Part shown: positions 12,010 through 24,123 of the stretch, piece by piece | Layout of the letters: each line of letters starts with the position of its first letter | Numbering within the stretch: the stretch's first letter is position 1 | From: Octopus sinensis | Taxonomy: Eukaryota | DNA length: 64,000 nucleotides | Assembly (NCBI RefSeq): GCF_006345805.1 | Contig: NC_043022.1 | Coordinates: forward strand, 5,518,001-5,582,000 | Direction: 5' to 3' | The notes under the pieces: generated by a model | The model's database searches: none | What the model was told of the DNA's origin: nothing | What the model saw: the letters and a program-made list of their open reading frames with translations, nothing else | Position numbers and translations under genes: made by a program

Positions 12010-13340
12010 TTAAACGTTTAGCATTCAGATTAATGTAAAGATTATCTTTATCCACATTGCTTTGAATTAACCATGGAGTGGTGCAGGAGTGGCTGTGTGG
12101 TAAGTAGCTTGTTTACCAACCACATGGTTCCGGGTTCAGTCCCACTGCATGGCACCTTGGGCAAGTGTCTTCTACTATAGCCTCGGGCCGACCAAAGCCT
12201 TGTGAGTGGATTTGGTAGACGGAAACTGAAAGAAGCCTGTCGTATATATGTATATATATGTATGTATGTATGTGTGTGTATATGTTTGTGTATCTGTGTT
12301 TGTCCCCCTAGCATTGCTTTGAATTAATCATGGAGTGGCGCAGGAGTGGCTGTGTGATAAGTAGCTTGTTTACGAACCACATGGTTCCGGGTTCAGTCCC
12401 ACTGCATGGCACCTTGGGCAAGTGTCTTCTACTATAGCCTCAGACCAACCAAAGCCTTGTGAGTGGATTTGGTAGATGGAAACTGAAAGAAGCCTGTCAT
12501 ATATATGTATATATATGTATGTATGTATGTGTGTGTATATGTTTGTGTATCTGCGTTTGTCCCCCTAGCATTGCTTTGAATTAATCATGGAGTGGCGCAG
12601 GAGTGGCTGTGTGATAAGTAGCTTGTTTACCAACCACATGGTTCCGGGTTCAGTCCCACTGCATGGCACCTTGGGCAAGTGTCTTCTACTATAGCCTCGG
12701 GCCGACCAAAGCCTTGTGAGTGGATTTGGTAGACGGAAACTGAAAGAAGCCTGTCGTATATATGTATATATATATGTAAATGTATGTATGTGTGTGTATA
12801 TGTTTGTGTATCTGTGTTTGTCCCCCTAGCATTTCTTGACAACTGATGCTGGTGTGTTTATGTCCCCGTAACTTAGCGGTTCGGCCAAAGAGACCGATAG
12901 AATAAGTACTGGGCTTACAAAAGAATAAGTCCTGGGGTCGAGTTGCTCGATTAAAGGCGGTGCCCCAGCATGGCTGCAGTCAAATGACTGAAACAAGTAA
13001 AAAGAGAGAAAAAGAGTAAAAGAGTATCTCATAGCTTTGAGATTTCAATGATGCGATTGTTTAGTTTTGGAATGATAGTGTAGGCTAGGTGTGAGAGGCT
13101 GTATCTGGCCAGTTCGAACATAAACAGGTTCAAAAATATTTGGGCTGGGTGTGGCCCCTTCAACCCTTTAGCATTCAGATTATTCTGTCAAATGTAAAGC
13201 TTATTTATTCACATTATTTTGTGCTAATCATGGATTATCTCTAGGCTTCAAGATTTTGATGACCGGATTGTTTGTTTTTAGAATGACAATGCAGGATAGG
13301 TGTGAGAGACTGGATATGGCCGATTTGAACATAAAACAGA
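12010..13340. mobile_element. Two tandem piggyBac-like MITE copies (CCCTTTAGCATT family), the first interrupted by the SINE A triplet
   Basis: ttaaacgtttagcattcagatt at 12010 and caacccttagcattcagattattctgtcaaatg near 13160; the body resumes after 13025. Confidence 0.7.
12057..13025 (+). mobile_element. SINE family A with its 5' half tandemly triplicated (257-bp period)
   Basis: gcaggagtggctgtgtg at 12083, 12340 and 12597; only the third copy continues into the tail. Confidence 0.9.
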
Positions 13341-13344
13341 ATAT

Positions 13345-13525
13345 ATATATAAATTATAATTTAGGGTATCTAAGGGATACCACCACGTTGGAAATAGCAG
13401 CCAAAACTTGACTCTAAAACCACATTAAATGTTCATAATAATTATTACCTTTGAAGGTTTTTATTCTCATGCTGGCCGCTTGATAAGATCAATATTTAAA
13501 TTAAATATCTTGTGCTTGTTTATAT
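13345..13525. mobile_element. Small TA-flanked element, same family as 27517-27697
   Basis: Shares gtatctaag..atacc..cca..tggaaatagcagccaaa and attacctttgaaggtttttattc.catgctggcc.cttgataagat. Confidence 0.6.
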
Positions 13526-13541
13526 AAATATATATATACAT

Positions 13542-13736
13542 ATTTATTTTATAGAAGGAGCTTCTAAGGACTAGAACTGTTTCATTCAAATGAAATCTTC
13601 AGGAAGCTTCCTGAAGATTTCTTGAATGAAACAGTTCTAGTCCCTGTAGAAGCTCCTTCTATAAAATAAATTAATTTACTCTGCTATGTATTGAGTACCT
13701 TATTTACTGTGGCTAACCCCGACTCAACCCGGGACC

Positions 13737-13740
<4 letters not shown>
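13542..13740 (+). mobile_element. PLE-like fold-back element (130-bp spacerless palindrome, 13542-13671) in a (TA)n tract
   Basis: Palindrome centred on AAGCTT (13604-13609). Same family as 23589-23770, in the opposite orientation. Confidence 0.75.
13605..13654 (+). ncRNA. Type I hammerhead ribozyme motif
   Basis: AGCTTC CTGAAGA tTTC-tt-GAAt GAAA CAG-ttctagtcc-CTG TA GAAGCT. 6-bp stem I, GUA site, weak stem II. Confidence 0.7.
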
Positions 13741-13773
<33 letters not shown>

Positions 13774-14034
13774 AGAGAGAGAGAGAGAGAGAGCAAATGG
13801 CTATGGTCAATTTGAGTGTGAAGTCGGGGCTATTTCCAGAGAATCACTCAACCTGAACACAGGGCTATCAACAACACTGTCAGGATCCAAGCCAAGGCTG
13901 GAATACTTCTGGTGCAGAAAATTCAAGTTTCTCAACGATTATACCATCATATGGTTTGGTGAAGAGTAAATAATCCAATGAAAAGAAGACAAAGAAAATT
14001 CTTTAACAGCAAGAACACACACAAAAACAAAAAG

Positions 14035-14079
14035 TGTTGCTGAAGAGGTCACAGATGTGTGACGAAAGATTTTCGGACA
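14035..14079 (+). ncRNA. Type I hammerhead-like motif (degenerate)
   Basis: TGTTG CTGAAGA g GTCACA-gatg-TGTGAC GAAA GATTT TC GGACA. Perfect 6-bp stem II; stem I 4/5 paired. Confidence 0.55.
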
Positions 14080-14236
14080 TGAGTTAGAATAATGAAATAA
14101 GAACAGTAATAAATGAGTGAAGAAAAAAAAATATAAAGTGTCTATTTGGCAAAAGAAAAATTACCATCCTGAAATACAGCATCATAATGTATGTAAATGT
14201 GGTATGTGTGTGTGTGTGTGTGTGTGCGTGCGTGTG

Positions 14237-14269
<33 letters not shown>

Positions 14270-14277
14270 ATATTGTG

Positions 14278-14308
<31 letters not shown>

Positions 14309-14350
14309 AATGTATGTATATATATATATATGTATGTTTGTATATATATA

Positions 14351-14381
<31 letters not shown>

Positions 14382-14383
<2 letters not shown>

Positions 14384-14665
14384 CATCATCATCATCATCA
14401 TCATCATCATCGTTTAGCGTCCGTTTTCCATGCTAGCATGGGTTGGACGGTTCAACTGGGGTCTGTGAAGCCAGAAGCTTCATCAGGCCCAGTCAGATCT
14501 GGCAGTGTTTCTATGGCTGGATGCCCTTCCTAACGCCAACCACTCGTGAGGTGTAGTGGGTGCTTTTACGTGCACCCCGCACAGGTCCAGACAGAGCTGG
14601 CAACGCCACGAACAGATGGTGCTTTTTATGTGCAACGGCACGGGGCCAGGCGAGGCTGGCAATTA
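14382..14665 (-). mobile_element. RTE-LINE 3' UTR (family C)
   Basis: (CAT)n followed by cgtttagcgtccgttttccatgctagcatgggttggacgg...ggatgcccttcctaacgccaacc. Confidence 0.9.
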
Positions 14666-14669
14666 TTAT

Positions 14670-16120
14670 TACTACGAAGGTAGCAGCTGACAGAATCATT
14701 AGCAAGCCAGAAAAATGCTTAGCAACATTTATCCATCTTTACAATTGTGAGTTCAAATTTTGGTGAGTAGACTTTGCTTTTCACCCTTCAAGGTCAATAA
14801 ACAAACCAGTTGAGCACGGAAATCAATGTAATCAACATACCCCTTCCAAATCTTGCTGGCCTTGTGCAGAATTCTAAAAGAAGGCAATGAACCATTAGCA
14901 AAGCCAGGTAAAATACCAAACGGTATCTCAAGTGTGTTTATGTTCTGATTTGAAACTCCGCCAAAGTCAACTTTGCCTTTTGTGCTTTCAGGGTTGATAA
15001 AATAAGTACCTATTTCTTTATTACCCACAAGGGGCTAAACACAGAGGGGACAAACAAGGACAGACATAGGTATTAAGTCGATTACATCGACCACAGTGCG
15101 TAACTGGTACTTAATTCATCGACCCCGAAAGGATGAAAGGCAAAGTCGACCTCGGCGGAACTTGAACTCACAACGTAATGCAGACGAAATACCGCTAAGC
15201 ATTTCGCCCGGCGTGCTAACGCCTCTACCAGCTTGCTGCCGTTGATAGAATAAGTACCAGATGAGCACTGGTGTTGATGTAATCAACCATGCCCATCCCT
15301 CAAATTTCAGCCTTTCAGCCCTTGCTTATAATGGAAAGGGTTGTTTTTATTACGCAGCAAAGACAGCAAAACTGGCAGAATCGTTACCATGCGGACAAAA
15401 TGCAAAGCAGCTTTTCATCTGTCAATACATCTGAGTTCAAATTCCACTGAGGCCCACCTTGCCCTTCACCCTTTTGGGATCAATGACAATAATTACCAAA
15501 CCACTAGGTCACAGGGACTAAACACACCAACACCGTTGTCAAGTAGCGACAGGGACAAAACACAAGACACCACAGATACATCTACGATGGGCTGATGTAA
15601 TCAACTTGGTCAATGTCATCTACTCTGCTCATCCCTCAAAACAAGGGTCTTTGTAATCAACTATGCCAGCCCCTCAAAATTCATCCTTGTCCTATATAGA
15701 AGGATTAATATTATGAAGGTAGCAAACAGGTGGAACTGTTGTTGTTTTGGACGACAACCTCCGACTTTCCTGGGTTGATAAAATAAGTACCAGTAGCATA
15801 CTGGGGTTGATGCAACCACTATCACCTTCCCCTCAAATTTACCCTATAGTAGAAAGAATATTTAATGACAGAAATATTGCCCTAACATTCTATAATAATC
15901 CTTTTTTTTTTTTTACTAAAGGTACAAAGCCTCAATTTGGGAGGAGGAAACTAGCTGGTCACATCAAACCCCATGTTTCACTGGTACTTAATTAATCAAC
16001 TGTGAAGGATGAAAGACAAAGTCGACCTCAGCGGAATTTGAACTCAGAACGTAGCAATGGACAAAATACCACAAAGCATTTTGTCCAGCATGCTAATGAT
16101 TCTGCCAGCTTGCCGCCTTT
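14670..16120. mobile_element. Cluster of SINE family B copies, including a young nested minus copy at 15011-15240
   Basis: The nested copy has an 18-bp TSD gttgata(a/g)aataagtacc at 14993-15010 and 15241-15258. Further copies start near 14675, 14880, 15360 and 15715 (+) and lie at 15900-16117 (-). Confidence 0.8.
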
Positions 16121-16173
16121 TTTACCATTCCATAATAATATTGGTAAAATGACTTATGTACAAGTAATCTACA

Positions 16174-16597
16174 ATGGACGAGGACAGCTGTGTAAAGAAG
16201 TTCGATCTCTAACTGGGAGGGAACCTGTCGAAGAGGTAGACCAGAAGACATGGGATGAGGTGGTGAAGCATGATCTTTGAACGTTGGACCTCACCAAGGC
16301 AAATGACAAGTGACTGAGACCATTTGGCGCGTATGCCGTGCTTGAGAAGACTCGTCAAGCCAAGGGAAATTGTAGTCATGGCTGACGCCAGTATCATGTA
16401 ACTGGTGTCTGTTCAGTGGCAAATAAAAGCATCCATTGCACTCCTGGAGTGTTTGGTATTAAGAAGGGCCTCCAGCTGTAGAAACCATGCCAAATCGACT
16501 GTAAGTTGGTGCAGCTCTCCAGATTATCAGCTCCAGTCAACTGTCTGACCCAGGCCAGCATGAAAAGCAGACATCAAATGATGATGATGATGATGAT
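16174..16597 (+). mobile_element. RTE-LINE ORF C-terminus plus 3' UTR, identifying family C as a truncated RTE LINE
   Basis: Frameshift-corrected reading MDEDSCVKK.RSLT.EGTC.RGRP.KTWDEVVKHDL.TL.LT.AMTSD.D.W..AVLEKTRQAK matches the typical RTE C-terminal GRP..TW...DL...DR..W motif; continues into the family C UTR and (GAT)n. Confidence 0.85.
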
Positions 16598-17148
16598 TTT
16601 TCTTATCATCATCGTCATCATTTGACGTCCATCTCCCTTTAGCATGGGTTGGACATTTTTGACGGAGTCTGGCAAGCCGCAAGACTGCTCTGAGTCCCAG
16701 TATCTGCTTTGGGCATAGCCTCTACAGCACAATTCCCTTCCTAATTGCAACCACATTACAATGGGTAATGGTGCTGTTTTTTCATGCCACTTACACTGAT
16801 CAAACTTCAAGTTTCAATACAGTTCCTCAAAATGCCACTCAGAGAGACTGAACCCAAAACCTAATGGTTAGAAAGCAAACTACATAACCACACAGCCAAC
16901 TCTGCATTATTTGAGCTAAACAGCAGAAGTGTATTATTATGTTAGAATACAGACATCAAATAATGAGACTCAGCTAATATTATTATAGCTAATAGTATAA
17001 CTAATTATATGCTGCATTGATACTAAAACAGGATTAAGCAACTAATCTTATAATTGCTTTTAATTAAAACCATTATGAGACGCAATTTTCATTGTGATAA
17101 TTATTCCATAAGCTTTTATTTCTAGAGTACAACAAAAAACAGACAGAT

Positions 17149-17186
<38 letters not shown>

Positions 17187-17294
17187 TATATATATTCTTT
17201 TATTCTTTTATTTGTTTCAGTCATTTGACTGTGGCCATACTGGAGCACTATATATATATATATGTATGTATATATATATGCGTGTGTGTGTGTG

Positions 17295-17341
<47 letters not shown>

Positions 17342-17369
17342 TACTGAGGTATAAATCATTAATTGTATA

Positions 17370-17593
17370 TCTTTAGCCTTCAGATTACTCTGTCAAATAT
17401 ATCGCTCATTTATTTCCATTGTTTTGAATTAATCAGGGATTATCTCACAGCTTTGAGATTTCCATGATCTGATTGTTTTATTTTTAGAATGACATTGTGG
17501 GGTAGGCATAAGAGGCTGGATCTGGCTGCTTTGAACATAAAATGGGCAGAATATTGGTGCTGGATACTGTTGGCTTAAATGCCAGAGGGTTGA
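17370..17593. mobile_element. piggyBac-like MITE (CCCTTTAGCATT family)
   Basis: ctttagccttcagattactctgtcaaa...ttaaatgccagagggttga. Confidence 0.75.
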
Positions 17594-17674
17594 AATATCC
17601 AAACTGAGTGTGTATCACAGCTCTCAGGGTTTATTATCTTTCAAGTCATCATTGGTCCTAACGATATAGGTTAT

Positions 17675-17717
17675 ACCTCACTGATGAGGTGTAATAATGC
17701 TGAAACATGTCTGGAGT
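17675..17717 (+). ncRNA. Minimal type I hammerhead motif (degenerate)
   Basis: acCTCA CTGATGA GGTGT-aata-ATGCT GAAA CATG TC TGGAGt. Palindromic stem III; stem II has several G-U pairs. Confidence 0.65.
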
Positions 17718-18539
17718 TGTCCCTATATGCCATACACTTCCTACAGCAATGTCTACAACATAGCTTAACTCTTAGGTTGTCTCCCCTGTCTTTTTTGACC
17801 AGAATTGATGGTTAAGCTAACTAAGTCAGCAAAAGAGTGTGTGTGTGTGGGAGGGGGGTCTGTGGATGTGCTAGAAACAGCAGTCAAATCCCCCTCAACT
17901 CACATCCTACCATCTTAGAAGACATTGGATAACACTACTGGGTTACCTGTACACAGGAAAGCAACAGGGTGGTCACGAATGGAGTGTCTTTGACCAAAGG
18001 CCTGCTCTATCAGGCTCAACTTGGTGCAAACCGACAACATCAAGATAACAAATATATCTCCTCAACACAAGTGTAATATCAATTAATTAATTAATTCGAA
18101 ATCTCTCTCTCATTCCATTAAGTGTATTGGTATCCACTTTACTAAAGTCTAACACTAGTCACAAAAAAGGACAAACCTACAAGTAGAAGAGAAAGTTAGT
18201 AGACTGTGTGTCTCTTGAAATCACTTTGATTAACAATAAAGCAATTTGGTGCCAGCCAGATGTTAGTAGTCAATGAGATCATCCACCAGCAGATGTGATG
18301 ATGTCACCAATAGACTACTTCTGCTGCTAATATTAATAATACACTTACAGGTACAGGTGGTTGTGTGGTAAGAAGCTTGCTTCCCAACCCCATGGTTCTG
18401 GGTTCAGTCCCACGGCGTGGCACCTTGGGCAAGTGACCTCTACTATAACCTTGGGCTGACCAAAACCTCCCATGAATGGATGTAGTAGACAGAAATTGAA
18501 AGGCACTAGTTGTATGTATGTTATATCAATCTATTTATC

Positions 18540-18578
18540 TATCTATCTCTATATATATATATACAATATATATTGTAT

Positions 18579-18609
<31 letters not shown>

Positions 18610-18761
18610 GTTGAATATATATATATATACAAATATAATTTGTATATATATATATATATGTATGATATATATATATATATATACAAATATATATTTGTAT
18701 ATATATATATATATATTATGAATATATATATATATAATCAAATATATATACATATATATAC

Positions 18762-18794
<33 letters not shown>

Positions 18795-19109
18795 ATATAT
18801 ATATATATATACCCAATATATATCCATATATATAAAAATATATATATATATATATATAATGTATGAATATATATATATATATACAAAATATATATACATA
18901 TATATACAAATATATATATATATATATATATATGTATGAATATATATATCTATATACAAATATATATACATATATATACAATATATATTATATATATATA
19001 TATACAAATATATATACATATATATACAAATATATTATATATATATATATATACAAATATATATACATATATATACAAATATATATATATAACAAATATA
19101 TACTATATA

Positions 19110-19150
<41 letters not shown>

Positions 19151-19635
19151 AAATATATATATCATATATATATATATCATATACAAAATATATTATACTA
19201 TATATATATATATATACACATAATATATATATATATATACAATATATATATCCCTCTCACTCTTTGGGAGAGGCACAAGCCTACACGCACACGGCCATAC
19301 ACACCGCAGTAACTTCCACCTACCGAATCAATCACAAAGCTCCGGTCAGCTCGGGGCTATAGTGGAAGACACCTACCCAAAGTGCCAGGCAGTGGGACTG
19401 AACCCGAAACCATGTAGCTAGGAAGCAAGCTCCTAACACACCAGCCATATATATATATATTATATATATATACATATATATACACACAAATATATATATA
19501 TACATATATATTTTATATACATATATATATACACATATATATTTTATATACATATATATACACATATATATTTATATACATATATATACACATATAATTT
19601 ATATACATATATATACACATATTATTTATATAATA

Positions 19636-19682
<47 letters not shown>
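18540..19682. repeat. Long compound (TA)n microsatellite with a SINE A-like head at 19255-19447 (-)
   Basis: About 1.1 kb of TA/TACA/TACAAA variants. Confidence 0.9.
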
Positions 19683-19683
19683 T

Positions 19684-20235
19684 AGGATAAATTTTTCAAG
19701 AAGTTTCTCAAGTGGCCAGCATATTAAAATACCTTTTAAGGTGAAAATTATAAACAATATGAATAAGAGCAAAAGAAAAAAATTTCTCGGCTAATATGCT
19801 GAGAAATAGACTTGAAATCGTCAATCATCACATACATATACATCACTATAGAATATACATCGTGCTGAATTGAGGAAGCAAGCTCATAGAATTTTTTTTT
19901 TTTTTAAAGCATATATATTTAGAAATATACTAGGGGACTTAAGTGTACTCATGATTTTTGCTTCTGCTTTTTTCCCATGGGTGCTTGTAAGTATTTCATT
20001 TATTTCTTATCGCATTTTCTCTGATGAGGCAAAAAATCCATGGATTAATCCCGAAATTGATCAATACAGAGATAACGCTTTTAAAAAAAAAAAAAATTCT
20101 GTTAACTTGCTTTCCTCGATTCAGCACATGTGTATTCTATATTGGGGTATATATGGTATTGGTGATTGATGATTTAAAGTCTATTTCTCAGCTATTGGCA
20201 TAGTAATATTTTCTTTTGCCCTTATTATATTGTAC
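19684..20235 (+). mobile_element. PLE-like element with ~155-bp diverged inverted arms (19754-19910 / 20077-20233)
   Basis: gctgagaaatagacttgaaatc versus gatttaaagtctatttctcagc, among other matches; an HHR lies just before the right arm. Confidence 0.7.
20015..20072 (+). ncRNA. Type I hammerhead-like motif
   Basis: ttTTCT CTGATGA GG..AATCCATGGATT..CC GAAA TTGATCAA TA c AGAGA. Palindromic stem III; stem I register off by one nucleotide. Confidence 0.55.
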
Positions 20236-20362
20236 ACACCCATCCACCCACCCACATACCCACCCACCCACCACACACACCACTTCCTTCATTTTGCTTG
20301 CTGCTTTTCTTCTATGAAAGAGAAGCTACATTGGGACTGTTTTTAACGAGCTGTGTCTATTC

Positions 20363-20468
20363 ATCACTTGATGAGACACATCTGCACTGCAGATGCTCCT
20401 GGATCAGTTTGTTGAGTGTCCCACCTGTGAGGGATCCATGCAAGATGTGTCGGAACAATTGTTGTGAT
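20363..20468 (+). ncRNA. Type I hammerhead with extended stem II (two core substitutions)
   Basis: ATCAC TTGATGA GACACATCT...AGATGTGTC GGAA CAATTG TT GTGAT. 5-bp stem I, 9-bp stem II base enclosing a 77-nt domain, palindromic stem III. Confidence 0.75.
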
Positions 20469-20515
20469 TAATAATAAATTCTCATATATATTCCATCTTC
20501 CATTTACTAATATAC

Positions 20516-20546
<31 letters not shown>

Positions 20547-20699
20547 TTCGCTTGACAACCTGTCGGTATGTTCCCATAACTTAGCACTTCAGCAAAAGAG
20601 ACTGATAGAATAAGTACTAAGCTTACAAAGAATAAGTCCTGGAATTGATTTGTTCGACTAAAGGCTGGTCCTTGGCTATTGTTAGTGGAGTCCACTCTG

Positions 20700-21000
20700 T
20701 TGCAAACCACTCTACCAAAGAGTCTTAGAAGCCCTGCAAAGGCTGAGGGGTACTGTCCTTTCTTCTCTTCATAAACCCTTCAAAGACTTCTCGGAGCTAA
20801 CACATCATCAGCAACAATATTTTAGGCCTTTTCTCCCATCAGTTAACAGAGCTGCCTTGGTCTGAGTCAGTTCTTACCTTGACCATAGGCTGATGGCCAC
20901 ATCTCTGCTCAAGCATTTCATTTCTGGCATGAATTCTATAACTGGATACTCTCCTATCACACCAACCTCTTCACATAGTGTACTGGGAATATCTTAATCA
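20700..21000 (+). mobile_element. Possible very old CR1-like LINE fragment
   Basis: tgtcctttcttctcttcataaacccttc...ttctcggagcta loosely resembles the CR1 ORF2 C-terminal LSLFYKY...SEL region. Confidence 0.3.
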
Positions 21001-21062
21001 TGACACCAGCACTAGAAAAATTGTCCAGCCCTCAGCACACTATGTCAGATTGGCATAGAGGG

Positions 21063-21771
21063 TTAATTCCTTCAGTAAACCCTTTAGTGTTTAAAAACCG
21101 GCTATCCAGCCAAAATATTTCTACCTATTTTATGTTCAAACTAGTCAGATATGGTCATTCATAGCTACCTTATTGTGTCATTTTAAATAAACAATCACAT
21201 CAGTGAAATCTCAAAGCCATGAAATGATGCAGGATTAATTTTACATGGTGTGAATACATAAGCTTTACATTTGACAGAATAATCTGAATGCTAAAGGGTT
21301 AAACTGGCCGTAGCTAGCCCAAATATCGAACTTGTTTTATGTTCAAACTTGCCAGATTTGGTCTCTTATACCTACCCAACAATGCCATTTTAAAAATAAA
21401 CAACTACCTCATCAAAATTTCAGAAGCTCTGAGATTATTTGAAAACAATGTGAATAAATAACGATTACATTTGACAGTGTAACCAGAATGCTAAAGGGTT
21501 GAACCAGTCATACCCAGCCCAAATATTCTCCTGCTTGTTTTAGATTCAAACAAGTCAAATCCTGCCTCTCACACATACCCTAGACTGTCATTTTAAAAGT
21601 AAACAATCAAGTCATTGAAATTTCAGAAGCTATGATATAATCCATGATTAATTCAAAACAATGAGAATATATAAGGATTACATATGACAGAATAATCTCA
21701 AAGCTTAAAGGGTGAATCATCTATCCAACCCAAATATTCTTCTACCTGTTTTGTGTTCAAACTGACCAGAT
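21063..21771. mobile_element. Tandem array of at least 3.3 piggyBac-like MITE units running into the gap
   Basis: Unit ends aatgctaaagggtt(a/g)a at 21302, 21502 and about 21715. The left TIR ccctttagtgt occurs only at 21080. Confidence 0.85.
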
Positions 21772-21871
21772 NNNNNNNNNNNNNNNNNNNNNNNNNNNNN
21801 NNNNNNNNNNNNNNNNNNNNNNNNNNNNNNNNNNNNNNNNNNNNNNNNNNNNNNNNNNNNNNNNNNNNNNN
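21772..21871. other. Assembly gap (100 N)
   Basis: Run of 100 N. Confidence 1.
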
Positions 21872-23555
21872 TGATATAATTTAATATATATGTACACACA
21901 CATACACATATATAAATAACATACATATTATATATATATAATATATATATATATACACACCACACACACACACACACATATATATACATATATACACACA
22001 AATATAGTTGCTTTTCTGTCTGTCTGGCTCTTCTACAATCCCTCTCATTCTCTCTCTCCCTATCTGTGCATGTTATATATATATTACATATATATATATT
22101 ATATACATTATATATATACATATATATATACATATATATATATAAACATATATATAACATATATATATATAAAAAAAACATATTATATATACAATATTAT
22201 AATATATAATATACATTATATATATATATAAATATATATATACATATATATATATACATATATATAATATATAAATATATATATACATATATATATATAT
22301 ATACATAATATATATACACATATATATACACATATATACACTATATATTATACACATATATATATACACATATATATATACACATATATATATTATATAC
22401 ACATATATATATATACACATATATATATATATACACATATATATATATATACACATATATATATATATACACATATATATATATATACACATATATATAT
22501 ATACACACATATATATATATACATATATATATACATATATATATATGTACATATATACATGCATACAAACACACACATATATTACATATATAAACACACA
22601 CATACACATATATTCACATATATGCACACACACATCCGTCTTTATCTCCCTATCTACATCTCTCTCTCTCTCCCCGCGCCGAACCCCCCTAATCTTACAT
22701 AAATTCCACCAGTTATCCAGTGTGTCTGTCTGTCTGTAAAGTTATTTGCCAGTGCGTATCAGGTGTGCGCAACACATGCATGTGTGCAGCAGTACATCCG
22801 CCGTGTGCGTGTGTGTGTGTGCATCCGTAAGGAGGGGAAGGAGAGGAAGAAGGGACACTTGTTTGAATTGCAATTTAATGCTGGCTGTGCATGTCCAATT
22901 CCAAAGAGACACTTGGATAGCAACTGAAGGAATTCCTACCATTATCACATAATTCACAAATATGATAGTTACAGCCACACAACTGCTTCCCCCCCAATCC
23001 CCACCCACCTACTCCCCCCTCGACTTAATCCTCCACTGCTTCGACACCCACCCACGCCATTCCCCCTTTCATCTGCTCCCTTTTTCTGTCGGGCTTTCCT
23101 CTGCCTCTTTTATTTCCCTTCCTTCCTTCCTGCCTTCCTTTGCGTTGCGTTTTCTTCCTTCCTAGTCGCAGACACGCAAAACTTTCTCCCAACTTTCCAC
23201 CCAACGAAAGAATGTTGTTGATCAATGCGTAAACGCATGTTCCAAACCGATCAGATCTATCATGTCCTTCTCACTGCGCTCAAAGTAAGACGGAAAAAGA
23301 AAACCCTATTCACCCCCCCCACTCCTTTCTCACATTCTGCTCCCTTTTTCTCACCCTCTTACACTTACACAACACACACACACACACACACACAGACATA
23401 CACACACACACAGATTATCATACATGAACATAAATACATATATTTAGATAGTGTTCAAACAGGCACACACATTTACATGTACATGTTTGTATATATGTAT
23501 ATATATAAATGGTATATACACAATACACACACACACGGTATGTATATATATATAC

Positions 23556-23588
<33 letters not shown>

Positions 23589-23589
<1 letters not shown>

Positions 23590-23770
23590 GTAGGTCCCGG
23601 GTTGAGTCGGGGTTAACCACAGTAAATAAGGTACTCAATACATAGCAGAGTAAATTAATTTATTTTATAGAAGGAGCTTCTACAGGACTAGAACTGTTTC
23701 ATTCAAAAGAAATCATCAGGAAGCGCTTTTGAATGAAACAGTTCTAGTCCTGTAGAAGCTCCTTCTATAA
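23589..23770 (-). mobile_element. PLE-like fold-back element in (TA)n, same family as 13542-13740
   Basis: tgtaggtcccgggttgagtcgggg...; inverted arms 23665-23709 / 23726-23770. Confidence 0.75.
23676..23724 (-). ncRNA. Type I hammerhead ribozyme motif
   Basis: Minus strand: GCTTC CTGATGA tTTC-tttt-GAAt GAAA CAG-ttctagtc-CTG TA GAAGC. Confidence 0.75.
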
Positions 23771-23896
23771 ATAATATATATATATATATATATATATATG
23801 GTATATGCACAATATACATACGTATATGACCTCGTGTGTACCGTTGGCGATTTTATTTCCTCTGTCTTCCCTTCTCTGGATCTTTCCTTCTGCTAT

Positions 23897-23931
23897 GTTT
23901 CCGACGAAGAGCTCCGCTCGAAACGTTAAAC
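23897..23931 (+). ncRNA. Minimal type I hammerhead (CCGACGA core variant) in a PLE-like remnant at 23825-24030
   Basis: GTTT CCGACGA a GAGC-tcc-GCTC GAAA CG TT AAAC. Pyrimidine-rich flanks, bounded by TA tracts. Confidence 0.75.
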
Positions 23932-24037
23932 CCTCCTTCTTCCCTTCCTTCCTCAGTGTCCAATAATACTATATTTGTTCCATGTCCTCACGTTGTTGTT
24001 TTTTTGTGCTTTCTTGTTTGGATTAACTGTATATATA

Positions 24038-24102
<65 letters not shown>

Positions 24103-24123
24103 ATATATATACATACACACATA

